Part shown: piece by piece, positions 21,392 to 30,205 of the stretch
How positions within the stretch are numbered: the stretch's first letter is position 1
How the letters are laid out: each line of letters starts with the position of its first letter
Source of the DNA: Bacteroidales bacterium
Lineage (GTDB): Bacteria > Bacteroidota > Bacteroidia > Bacteroidales > UBA932
Direction of reading: 5' to 3'
DNA length: 64,000 nt
NCBI GenBank assembly: GCA_017616595.1
Contig: JAFZXV010000087.1
Coordinates: 1,385 to 65,384 of the forward strand
Position numbers and translations under genes: made by a program
Notes under the pieces: generated by a model
Databases searched by the model: none
Told to the model about the DNA's origin: nothing
What the model saw: only the letters and a program-made list of their open reading frames with translations

Positions 21392-22933
21392 ATGAAAAAG
21401 ACATTACATCTCATACTCTTTGGGTTGGCCCTCATGGTAGGGCTGACCGCCTGCGAGCAGAAACCGGAGGAGCCGATTCAGGGGGTAGACCTCCGCTACC
21501 GCGTGGCCGACAGCTACGAGCTGGACGCCATCGGCGCAAAGCCCTTTACCATCGTGGTAAAGAGCACGCAGCCCTGGGTTATCCGCAGCGCCCATCCCGA
21601 CTGGTGCATCATCGAGCAGGAAGAAGGTGAAGCACAGCCCGATTCCCTCGTACACGTAGGAAAGGGCGAGAGCACCTCCGTCAAGGTCCAGTACTACGAC
21701 AACGACCAGCTCGACGACCGCACCGACTACATAGAGATCGCCAGCGGCGAGTGGGTCGGCAAGAAGGTAACCGTCTATCAGAAAGGTATAGCCTACCTGC
21801 GCGTGCCCGAGGCCGACATCGAAGGCGGTCTGATGATAGAGAAGGAGGGCGGCGACCTTGTAATCAACGTCCTTTCCAACCAGGATTGGAGCTCCAAGCT
21901 CATCGAGACCGAGGGCGACTGGATCAGCATCAAGGAAGGTGCTTCCGGCAAGCTGGACGGCGTCGTGAAGCTCCACGCCAATGAGAACACCGGCGAGAAG
22001 CGCTATGCCAATGTGGCCGTTTACGACCGCCACGGCGAGGAGCGTGCCGTCATCAAGATTACCCAGGACGGTGTGCAGCTCGATCCCGAGGCATTCGAGA
22101 TCCGCGCCGGCTACGACCAGCTCTCCGCTACCCTCAACGTGGTTTCCAACGCCAAGTGGACTGCAGAGAAGGGCGGCACCGAAGACTGGTTCTCCATCGA
22201 CAATCCTACCGGACACAACGGAGACGACGTGCTTAACATCACCTTCACCAACAACGACGGCAGCGCAATGCGCAAGAGCACCATCGTGCTCAAGACCGTT
22301 GCCGCCAACCCCGGCGACCCCGTTGCAGAGAAGGAAATCGTAATCAAGCAGGCCTTCAAGATCGAGCCAGTGCGCCATATCATGGACAACGACGAGATCG
22401 GCGGCTGGAACTCCGACTGGGCCAATCCTCCGGTGTACACCAAGGATTACGGCGCACTGTTCGCAGCCAAGTGCCGTCTGAACCGCAGCATGCCGTTCGG
22501 TACCTACACCTTCCGCTGGAAAGACCTCACGCCCGATTCCGCCGCGGCTGAAGCCATCCGCGTAAGGCACTGGTTCTGCTTCGACGAGGGCTGCGAGCTC
22601 AAGTTCGACATCCGTCCCGTCGACGGCAAGATCAGCTTCGACTTCAACGCTGCCGGCGACGGCAACAAGCCCAGCGTGGATGCCTACTACGACGTAGACT
22701 TTGCCCAGCCCATCGAGATTACCTACAAGTTCGATCCGAGCGGAGCGAGCTTCTGCCACGTAACCTACCTGGTGAACGGCAACGAGGCCGGTTCCTTCGA
22801 CACCTCCGAGAGTCTGCTCCGCAGCGTGCTCTGGGGTTCCAAGATCAACATGTACATCGGTGTGGACAAGTCCGGTTCCGCCGTGCTCGAATGGTACGAA
22901 TACACCCAGCCTATGAACTGGGACGAGGAGTAA
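21392..22933 (+). CDS. BACON-domain lipoprotein
   Basis: LTAC lipobox; SNQDW..DWI and SNAKW..DWF repeats ending in ITQ/IKQ. Confidence 0.75.
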   Translation: MKKTLHLILFGLALMVGLTACEQKPEEPIQGVDLRYRVADSYELDAIGAKPFTIVVKSTQPWVIRSAHPDWCIIEQEEGEAQPDSLVHVGKGESTSVKVQYYDNDQLDDRTDYIEIASGEWVGKKVTVYQKGIAYLRVPEADIEGGLMIEKEGGDLVINVLSNQDWSSKLIETEGDWISIKEGASGKLDGVVKLHANENTGEKRYANVAVYDRHGEERAVIKITQDGVQLDPEAFEIRAGYDQLSATLNVVSNAKWTAEKGGTEDWFSIDNPTGHNGDDVLNITFTNNDGSAMRKSTIVLKTVAANPGDPVAEKEIVIKQAFKIEPVRHIMDNDEIGGWNSDWANPPVYTKDYGALFAAKCRLNRSMPFGTYTFRWKDLTPDSAAAEAIRVRHWFCFDEGCELKFDIRPVDGKISFDFNAAGDGNKPSVDAYYDVDFAQPIEITYKFDPSGASFCHVTYLVNGNEAGSFDTSESLLRSVLWGSKINMYIGVDKSGSAVLEWYEYTQPMNWDEE

Positions 22934-22951
22934 TCAAAAAAGGAAGACATT

Positions 22952-24760
22952 ATGAAAAAGATATTTAGATTAGCCCTCCTTTTGGCGGCCGCCATCCCGT
23001 TCGCCTGCGTTGAGCCTGTAGATCCGAATGAACCCGACGAGCCCGTAGTTGTCGAGCCCGAAACCCTGCAGCTCACATTCGTGCTGCCGGGCAGCGGTGC
23101 CAAGACAGCCTGGGCCGCCGGCGACGAGATAGTCGTTCACGGCGAATACGCCAAAGACCAGGTTATCGTAAAGCTTGCCGCATCCGACATCAGCGCCGAC
23201 GGCAAGACCGCAAGCCTGACCGTAGAGAAACTCTATCCTTACAAACGCGAAGACTGCGCCAGTACGCTTTACGCGTCCTGGCCGGCCTCCGCGTCGGATA
23301 ACCTCAAGCACTGCTTCTTCTACAGCAAGTTCAACACCACCGCAAGCCCCATCCTTGCAGCCTGCAACGACGCATCCAACACCTTCCAGTTCCAGGAAGT
23401 GCTGGGCGCGCTGAAGTTCTCTTCCGGCACCGCCTACGAGTCCTTCACCATTTCCGGCAACAAGAAGGAAAGCCTCGGCTACGACTTCCTTCAGGTAAAG
23501 CTTACGGATGTCGACCAGAACTTCAAGCAGTACGTTGGCAACCCCATCCTGGAGCTTGACGTCACTTCCGGCAAGGCAGAGAACATAATCTACATCCCCG
23601 CAGGGACGGAACTCGCCGGCGGCTTTACCATCAAGTTCCGCAAGAACGGCGACTTTGCAGCCATCTACAAGCACGCAGATCCCGTGACGATCGAGAGGGG
23701 TAAGATCCTCGACCTCGGCAACATCGCTTCGGAAATCAAGTCCTACGACAACCCCTTCTCCAAGGACATCAAGGACCTTGACGCCGAGGGCAACGCCAAC
23801 TGCTACATCGTAACCGCACCCGGCGGCTACAAGTTCAAAGCGGTCAGGGGCAACAACTCCAACGACTTCTTTGCAGACGTGGCCGACGCCGTCGTGCTCT
23901 GGGAAACCTGGAACGACGACCAGGAAGTGGAGGCAAACAGCGTCGTGGCATCCGCCGCATACGCAGAGGACTTCGTGATTATCCGCATGCCTGCTACCCT
24001 GCATCCCGGCAATGCCGTAGTGGCTATCCGCGACGAGGCCGGCACCATCCTGTGGAGCTGGCATATCTGGGTGCCCAAGACGGCCATCAAGACCGATTCC
24101 TACGGAGACATCATGGGTGCGCCCGTGATGAGCCGCAACCTCGGCGCCCTGGTTGACTGCGAGGCCGGCGACTCCCCGGTAGATCCCCTGTCCTACGGTC
24201 TTGTGTACCAGTGGGGCCGCAAGGATCCTTTCACCAACTCCCATACGGCTCTCACCAACTCGATAGCCACATGGGCAGGTGCTGACGAGGTAGTTGCCGA
24301 CGGACAGATCTCTCTGGAAGAGTCCATCGCCAATCCACGTCTGCTGGGCCACATCAACAACGGCAACTGGATGTTCGATGTTGATGAATCCTTATGGGGC
24401 TACGATGCCGACAAGGCCATCTACGACCCGTGCCCTCCGGGATACCGCGTGCCTCTGCGCGACACCGGCAAGCCTTTCTGGAGCAGCGACCTCAGCGGCC
24501 AGGCCGGCTGGGGAGTAAACTCCGCATGCGGCTGGCTTAAGATCGGCGACCCCGCTGCAGTGTTCCCCATCGCAGGCTATCGCGACGACTACGAAGTCGG
24601 CGGCATGGCCAAGGTCGGAACCCGTACCCTCTACTGGAATGCCCGCGGCAGCGAGGCCAAGGGATACGGCGCAGACCTCCGTTACGACAAGGGTACCTAC
24701 AACGGTGGCGGTTCCGCCCCCAAGGCCCGTCTCGGTTCCGTACGTTGCGTAGCTGAGTAA
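22952..24760 (+). CDS. Fimbrillin/type V pilin-like domain plus C-terminal ANCY...SVRCV lectin-like domain
   Basis: PFAC lipobox; WAAGDEI...ASDISADGK; ANCYIV, WSWHIW and YQWGRKDPF motifs; ends GSVRCVAE. Confidence 0.7.
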   Translation: MKKIFRLALLLAAAIPFACVEPVDPNEPDEPVVVEPETLQLTFVLPGSGAKTAWAAGDEIVVHGEYAKDQVIVKLAASDISADGKTASLTVEKLYPYKREDCASTLYASWPASASDNLKHCFFYSKFNTTASPILAACNDASNTFQFQEVLGALKFSSGTAYESFTISGNKKESLGYDFLQVKLTDVDQNFKQYVGNPILELDVTSGKAENIIYIPAGTELAGGFTIKFRKNGDFAAIYKHADPVTIERGKILDLGNIASEIKSYDNPFSKDIKDLDAEGNANCYIVTAPGGYKFKAVRGNNSNDFFADVADAVVLWETWNDDQEVEANSVVASAAYAEDFVIIRMPATLHPGNAVVAIRDEAGTILWSWHIWVPKTAIKTDSYGDIMGAPVMSRNLGALVDCEAGDSPVDPLSYGLVYQWGRKDPFTNSHTALTNSIATWAGADEVVADGQISLEESIANPRLLGHINNGNWMFDVDESLWGYDADKAIYDPCPPGYRVPLRDTGKPFWSSDLSGQAGWGVNSACGWLKIGDPAAVFPIAGYRDDYEVGGMAKVGTRTLYWNARGSEAKGYGADLRYDKGTYNGGGSAPKARLGSVRCVAE

Positions 24761-24762
24761 CG

Positions 24763-26049
24763 ATGAAGATACTGCGCTTCATAACGGCTGTTGCCCTCGC
24801 CCTGGCGGTGGCGGGTTGCGATCCTTCTGAAAAGGATCCCGTAACCCCGCCCCCGCCCGGGCCTGAGCAGCCGGAGAATCCCGGCACCGACCCTGGTACC
24901 GATCCGGGCACAGACCCCGGTACGGACCCAGGCACCGACATATCCGACGAGGATGCGGCACGCATCGCCCGCCTGGGCCGCACCCCTATGGTGGCGGTAT
25001 ACTTTACCGAGTACACCAAGGAGAGCGAGTTCCCCACGCTGGAAGACGTCAAGTGCTTCACCCACATCAACATAGGTCACGCCCGCTTTAAGAATCCCAA
25101 AACGGGAGACGGCGGCCTGGAGATCAAGAAACCGGGCCCCGACTACATGAAGCGCCTTGCCGCCTACAAGAAAGACTATCCCGAGCTCAAGCTCCTCCTC
25201 TTCATAGGCGGATGGGGCAAGAACGCCGACGGTTTTTCCGAGATGGCAAAGGATGACGCCAAGCGCGCCTTGTTCTGCAGCGAGTGCGTCCGCATCTGCA
25301 ACGAATACAACCTGGACGGCGTAGACCTGGACTGGGAGTATCCTACCTATGCGGCAAAGACCTACCTGGACGACGGCACCATCTACTATAACGGCGCTTC
25401 CAAGGCAGACCGGGCCAACTTCTCCATCTTGATGAAAGACCTCCGCGAGGCCCTCGGCCCCGACAAGCTCATCAGCTATGCCGCAGCCTCGGACGACTAC
25501 GACGGCAGCTACATCAACAGCAAGGAAGTGCTCCAGTGGGTCGATTACCTCAACGTAATGACCTACTCTATGGGCGACCCCAGTCCGGACGACCCGTCCA
25601 AGCAGCGCCATAACTCTCCGCTCTATACCAGCTCCCGCTTCAACAACAGCCGCGGCGGGGCCGACTGCATAGAAAGATACCACACCAAACAGGGCATCCC
25701 GTACGACAGGATGAACTATGGCCTTGGTTTCTACGGCCACGGCGCCAGCCCGTATCCGTCTTCCGTCTCTTACGCCATGGCCCGCGAGGCCCTGGAAAAG
25801 GGTACTGCCAATGGCAAGAGCGTAGCCGGATACAACCAGCGCTGGTGGGACGAGCAGAGCAAGAGCTGCTACCTCGGCAACGCCGCCGGAGTTATGTACG
25901 CCAGCTACGAGGATATAGAATCTCTCCGCTACCGCGTTGAGTACGCCCTTTCTACCGGCCTTCTTGGCGTCTTTGCCTGGGAATACCGGGAAGACGATTC
26001 CGAGGGTACCCTGCGGTACGCTACTTACAAGATGATGAATGAGAAATAG
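24763..26049 (+). CDS. GH18 glycoside hydrolase lipoprotein with a PGTD linker
   Basis: VAGC lipobox; five PGTD units; FIGGWG; DGVDLDWEYP. Confidence 0.92.
   Translation: MKILRFITAVALALAVAGCDPSEKDPVTPPPPGPEQPENPGTDPGTDPGTDPGTDPGTDISDEDAARIARLGRTPMVAVYFTEYTKESEFPTLEDVKCFTHINIGHARFKNPKTGDGGLEIKKPGPDYMKRLAAYKKDYPELKLLLFIGGWGKNADGFSEMAKDDAKRALFCSECVRICNEYNLDGVDLDWEYPTYAAKTYLDDGTIYYNGASKADRANFSILMKDLREALGPDKLISYAAASDDYDGSYINSKEVLQWVDYLNVMTYSMGDPSPDDPSKQRHNSPLYTSSRFNNSRGGADCIERYHTKQGIPYDRMNYGLGFYGHGASPYPSSVSYAMAREALEKGTANGKSVAGYNQRWWDEQSKSCYLGNAAGVMYASYEDIESLRYRVEYALSTGLLGVFAWEYREDDSEGTLRYATYKMMNEK
24880..24939 (+). repeat. 12-bp coding tandem repeat (PGTD x5)
   Basis: ccNggYacNgaY units. Confidence 0.8.
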
Positions 26050-28027
26050 CATTCTACTTCTTACCCTGCTGTTAGGCATTGCTGCTTCCTGCCGGAAAGA
26101 GAGTTCTGCGGATCTCCCTTCCGGCAGTGAGCAGCAGTATACCTTTACATGCGAGCTTGCGGACGCGGCGGATACGCGGCTGAGCATCAACGGTGCCGGA
26201 AAGACGCGGTGGGAGCCTGGAGACCAGATCCTTCTTCACGGAGATTACACAAAGTCCGGATATTGCGCCACCGTAACGCTCACGGCAGACAACATCTCCG
26301 ACGACGGCAAGAAAGCCACCTTCTCCCTGCCGTCTTTTACCGTATCTTCCCATTCCGGCACCAAAGGATACCTGAGTACAGTTTACGCCGGCTATCCCGC
26401 TTCTGCCGTCAAGAGCGGCGAGCACTGCTACTATTACACTAACTTTACGGAGACTAACCATCCGCTGATGGCGGCCTTCAATGTGGGCAACGTCCTGCAT
26501 TTCTACAATCTCTGCGGGGTTATTACCTTCAGCGTCAGCGGTGATTTCGACTCTTACCTGTTCTGCGGAAACAACGGAGAAACCGTAGGTTACACATATT
26601 ACCGCTCATACCTGGTACAGAAGAGTGACGGGTCTTACAGGCTGGATTTCAATTATAACACCGATAGCGGCACTTCCGGCCCCCTTACGAGCATTTCCGC
26701 CTCTGTGGCAGCAGACGGCCAGACCGTAAACCGTATATGCCTGCCCGCAGGAGCAGATTTTTCCAATGGCTTCACCATAAAATTACTGAAAGGAGGCCAG
26801 GTGGTCAAGGTTGCCAAGACAAGCAAATCCGTCAGTATCGGCCGCAACAAGTTGCTGCCCCTCGGCGACATAAGCGGGCGCCTGTCCGATCCGGACTCCG
26901 GCCCCGATCCCGGTACAGGTTCGCTCTGCAAACCTGAGTATCTGGGCAGAACGCCAATGGTATGCTGCTACTTTACTGAATATACATCCTCTTCTGAATT
27001 CCCCACGCTGGAAAACGTCAAGTGCTTCACCCACATCAACGTGGGGCACGCCCGCTTCGTGAACCCCCAGACAGGCGACGGAGGTCTTGTAGTCAAGAGC
27101 CCGGGGCCTAACTACATGAAGCGCCTGGCCGCCTACAAGAAAGACTATCCCGAGCTAAAGCTCCTCCTCTTCATTGGTGGATGGGGCAAGAACGCCGACG
27201 GTTTTTCCGAGATGGCCAAAGACGACACCAAGCGCGCGCTGTTCTGCAGCGAGTGCGTACGACTTTGCAATGAGTACAACCTGGACGGCGTAGACCTGGA
27301 CTGGGAGTATCCCACCTATGCGGCAAAGACCAAATTAAGCGACGGAACCTATTATTACAATGGCGCAGATCCGGCCGACAGGGCCAATTTCACCACACTG
27401 GTAAAGGATCTGCGGGCGGCGTTGGGCGACGAGCGGATTATCAGTTTTGCAGCGGCATCAAGCGACTACAGTTCTGCAAGCTATATAGATTACAAAGGCG
27501 TGCTGACGTGGGTGGATTACATCAACGTAATGACTTACTCTATGGGCGACCCCAGTCCGGACGACCCGTCCAAGCAGAGGCACAATTCGCCCCTGTACAA
27601 GAGTTCCCGCTTCGCCAACAGCCGCGGCGGGGCCGACTGCATAGAAGGATACCATAACAAGCAGGGCGTCCCCTACAACAGGATGAACTACGGCCTGGGA
27701 TTCTACGGCCACGGCGCGAGCCCGTATCCGTCTTCCGTCTCTTACGCCATGGCCCGCGAGGCCCTTGAGAAGGGTACGGCCGACGGCAAGAGCGTAGCCG
27801 GATACAACATCCGCTGGTGGGACGAGCAGAGCAAGAGTTGCTACCTCGGCAATGCAGACGGTGTTATGTACGCCAGTTACGAGGATGTAGAGTCTCTCCG
27901 CTACCGCGTGGAGTACGCCCTGAGCACCGGTCTTCTTGGCGTCTTTGCCTGGGAATACCGGGAAGATGACTCCGAGGGCACACTGCGGTACGCGACGTAC
28001 AACATGGTTTACCCTCAGAGCGAATAA
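26039..28027 (+). CDS. Fimbrillin/pilin-like domain fused to a GH18 catalytic domain
   Basis: AASC lipobox; DTRLS...WEPGDQI; SIGRNKLLPLGDI domain end; GH18 DGVDLDWEYP, near-identical to the gene at 24763. Confidence 0.82.
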   Translation: MRNSILLLTLLLGIAASCRKESSADLPSGSEQQYTFTCELADAADTRLSINGAGKTRWEPGDQILLHGDYTKSGYCATVTLTADNISDDGKKATFSLPSFTVSSHSGTKGYLSTVYAGYPASAVKSGEHCYYYTNFTETNHPLMAAFNVGNVLHFYNLCGVITFSVSGDFDSYLFCGNNGETVGYTYYRSYLVQKSDGSYRLDFNYNTDSGTSGPLTSISASVAADGQTVNRICLPAGADFSNGFTIKLLKGGQVVKVAKTSKSVSIGRNKLLPLGDISGRLSDPDSGPDPGTGSLCKPEYLGRTPMVCCYFTEYTSSSEFPTLENVKCFTHINVGHARFVNPQTGDGGLVVKSPGPNYMKRLAAYKKDYPELKLLLFIGGWGKNADGFSEMAKDDTKRALFCSECVRLCNEYNLDGVDLDWEYPTYAAKTKLSDGTYYYNGADPADRANFTTLVKDLRAALGDERIISFAAASSDYSSASYIDYKGVLTWVDYINVMTYSMGDPSPDDPSKQRHNSPLYKSSRFANSRGGADCIEGYHNKQGVPYNRMNYGLGFYGHGASPYPSSVSYAMAREALEKGTADGKSVAGYNIRWWDEQSKSCYLGNADGVMYASYEDVESLRYRVEYALSTGLLGVFAWEYREDDSEGTLRYATYNMVYPQSE

Positions 28028-28045
28028 GTTTTCGGCGAGTATTTG

Positions 28046-28082
28046 AGCAGGCGGCCCGGTTTGTGGCCGCCTGCTTCTTTTT
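28046..28082 (+). terminator. Rho-independent terminator
   Basis: agcaggcggcc-N8-ggccgcctgct stem followed by a T tract. Confidence 0.75.
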
Positions 28083-28089
28083 GGCTGTT

Positions 28090-28188
28090 TGGCGCAAGTC
28101 CGATGATTTGTCTCGAACCTGCGCCACTGGAATGCGTATATTGGCGATTTGCGGTGCCGGTCCCGGCACTTTTTTCGGACCTGCGCCA
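28090..28188 (-). repeat. Family E 99-bp palindromic element (TGGCGCAGGT/ACCTGCGCCA arms), copy 1
   Basis: Its reverse complement aligns along its whole length with 45169-45267. Confidence 0.8.
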
Positions 28189-28195
28189 TTATTTG

Positions 28196-29092
28196 CTATC
28201 CGAGCATCTTAGCAATCAGGGCGGGGGTGGCGGCGGGCGCGACGGACTGTATGTGGGCGTTCAAGAGGCGGTACGACTCTTCCGGCGAGTGGCCCGGCCC
28301 CTGCTCCTCCTCGTCCACGAACGGGAATCCCCCCGGCCCTAGCAAGCGGGGGCGTTTACCGCACGGCCCAACCATCCCGTCATACCCGCCTTTTCCGTCA
28401 TACCCGCCTTTTCCGTCATATCCGCCTTTTCCATCATATCCGCCTTTTCCGTCATACCCGCCTTTTCCATCATATCCGCCTTTTCCATCATATCCGCCTA
28501 TTCCGTCATACCCGACCTGATCGGGTATCCCCCCTACAATCCCCTCCGGCGCGCAGAACGTCGCAAGCTGCCACCCCACATAATGCAGGTCCGGTCCCCG
28601 ATAGACGCGGGCGATGTCCCCAACCAGCAGGCGGCACTGCATCTGCAACCGGGCACAAGCGGCATCGGCCCCGCTCTTCTTGAGACCGAGCAGGCGACGG
28701 ATGTCTTTGCTGGCGATGCTCCCGTTGGCATCAACATAATCCAGGATCTTCCGCCCGGCGGCATCGGGCTCATATTTTGGCAGGGAGCGCCGATAGTTCA
28801 TCAGCTCCCGGTACCACTGCGCCGTAGCGAACGCCGCCTTGCCGTTCCACAGGAACTTGCCGTACGCCACATCGCCGCTCTGCACGCAATCCACCTTCCA
28901 GTCCCAGGGGCCCAGGGTGTCCGAATCGCCGTCGAACCAGAACTCCGGCGGCGTCATCTCCTCAATGGAGTACCCGGGAATCGCGTTCTCAAAAAACGGC
29001 ACGATTCCCATCTCCCGGATGGCCCGCAGCATACTCTCCGCATTCACCACCCGCACCCCGAAAGGATTCCCCGCGTGTTTATCTATAGACAT
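28196..29092 (-). CDS. Conserved hypothetical protein (AlkZ-related/winged-helix-like) with an in-frame repeat insertion
   Basis: PWDWK...VAYGKF..GKAAF motif and an HTH-like segment; GIPDQVGYD followed by GGYDG(K) x7. Confidence 0.6.
   Translation of the reverse strand: MSIDKHAGNPFGVRVVNAESMLRAIREMGIVPFFENAIPGYSIEEMTPPEFWFDGDSDTLGPWDWKVDCVQSGDVAYGKFLWNGKAAFATAQWYRELMNYRRSLPKYEPDAAGRKILDYVDANGSIASKDIRRLLGLKKSGADAACARLQMQCRLLVGDIARVYRGPDLHYVGWQLATFCAPEGIVGGIPDQVGYDGIGGYDGKGGYDGKGGYDGKGGYDGKGGYDGKGGYDGKGGYDGMVGPCGKRPRLLGPGGFPFVDEEEQGPGHSPEESYRLLNAHIQSVAPAATPALIAKMLG
28377..28530 (+). repeat. Family A hairpin plus seven 18-bp tandem arm copies, in-frame
   Basis: (ccRtcataYccgcctWtt)x7 at 28377-28502, then gtcatacccgacctgatcgggtatc at 28505-28529. 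Confidence 0.9.
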
Positions 29093-29277
29093 GATTGCCC
29101 ATCAATGAGTTTCTTTATGTAATTGTAGCCAATCATTGTGCACAAAGATAAAAAGTATTTTTAATGCCTCATAAATATCTATAAAAATCGTAAATTTTTT
29201 GATGAAGAGACCGCTGTAGGCTTGGTTATTTCATAAAAGCATTTCATATTTGCAACGGAAACAATGAACTCAAAACT

Positions 29278-29922
29278 ATGGACTTCACACCAGAGTCACA
29301 AAGCACTCTGTTCAACAAGCAATCTTTTTCTGCGACTAACGTTATTATAGATGACCTTGATGAAAAGGCAAGGCTCCTGTCTTCTGTTGAAACAACTAAG
29401 CTTGTAAAAGGAGTGTTAAGCGCCGAAGATGGAACACCAGCGCTGCAGAGGGCGCTGCGTTGGTATCGTAATACTATCGTATCGGGGCGTTTATACTCTA
29501 CCGTTATTGGAACTGTTCTTATTGACGATCAGAGTATACGATCAACGATGGCCCACAAATACGGGCCAATAAAGCTAGATGCAATACCTTCCCTTTTTGA
29601 AGGCTTCAAGAATGCAGTGTATCTTATTGATCTTGCAGATTATGACAATAAGACAACAGTTTACTCCTATTTCGCATATCCAATAGAGTATGATGGGGAG
29701 CGTTATTATTGTCTCTGTCGGACAAAGTTAACCAATGACAAGAATGCAAAACGAAGATTATATATTCACGAGGTGTTTTCTCATAAATATATAAAGAACT
29801 TTACCTTTCAAGCTGCTGCTGACAAAAGTCACCAAGTCAGAGGTAAAGTTCTATATTCTCTCCTGTTGAAACAGGTTATCTGCAACAAAGTTAATAATAA
29901 TATAGAGAAAAACGATAACTAA
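29278..29922 (+). CDS. AT-rich hypothetical protein, possibly an LPD3/polyvalent-protein-associated domain
   Basis: Visibly AT-rich; C-terminal YSYFAYPIEYDGERYY...RLYIHEV pattern, recognised by eye only. Confidence 0.45.
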   Translation: MDFTPESQSTLFNKQSFSATNVIIDDLDEKARLLSSVETTKLVKGVLSAEDGTPALQRALRWYRNTIVSGRLYSTVIGTVLIDDQSIRSTMAHKYGPIKLDAIPSLFEGFKNAVYLIDLADYDNKTTVYSYFAYPIEYDGERYYCLCRTKLTNDKNAKRRLYIHEVFSHKYIKNFTFQAAADKSHQVRGKVLYSLLLKQVICNKVNNNIEKNDN

Positions 29923-30066
29923 CTCTGTAGTTCGTTTATTTTGCGGAAAATGGGGCGATTAATGCGCAATTTGCGCTCGGGAGTTGGATGGAACGTGATA
30001 TCTTTGTACAATCCAATAATATGGTAACGGACTAAGACACAAACAACACAACCAATTCATATCGAT

Positions 30067-30189
30067 ATGTTAAACAAAAAAAGCTATTTAGCACCCGACA
30101 TCGAGTTCGAACCGATGTCCCTGCAGTCGGTTCTTTGCGAAAGCACAGACACCGAGGATTACACTGTAATCGATGACTTTGTATGGTAA
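30067..30189 (+). CDS. 40-aa small peptide (YxxP...LCxS type) upstream of a pilin-like gene
   Basis: Manual translation MLNKKSYLAPDIEFEPMSLQSVLCESTDTEDYTVIDDFVW*; first ORF after the promoter box TAtcTTTG at 29999. Confidence 0.7.
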   Translation: MLNKKSYLAPDIEFEPMSLQSVLCESTDTEDYTVIDDFVW

Positions 30190-30205
30190 AAAGGAGGACA
30201 CGAAA

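Noticed and set aside
30067-30189. RiPP biosynthetic cluster
   Set aside because: A YxxP peptide is present, but no RRE, radical SAM enzyme, cyclase, peptidase or exporter is nearby
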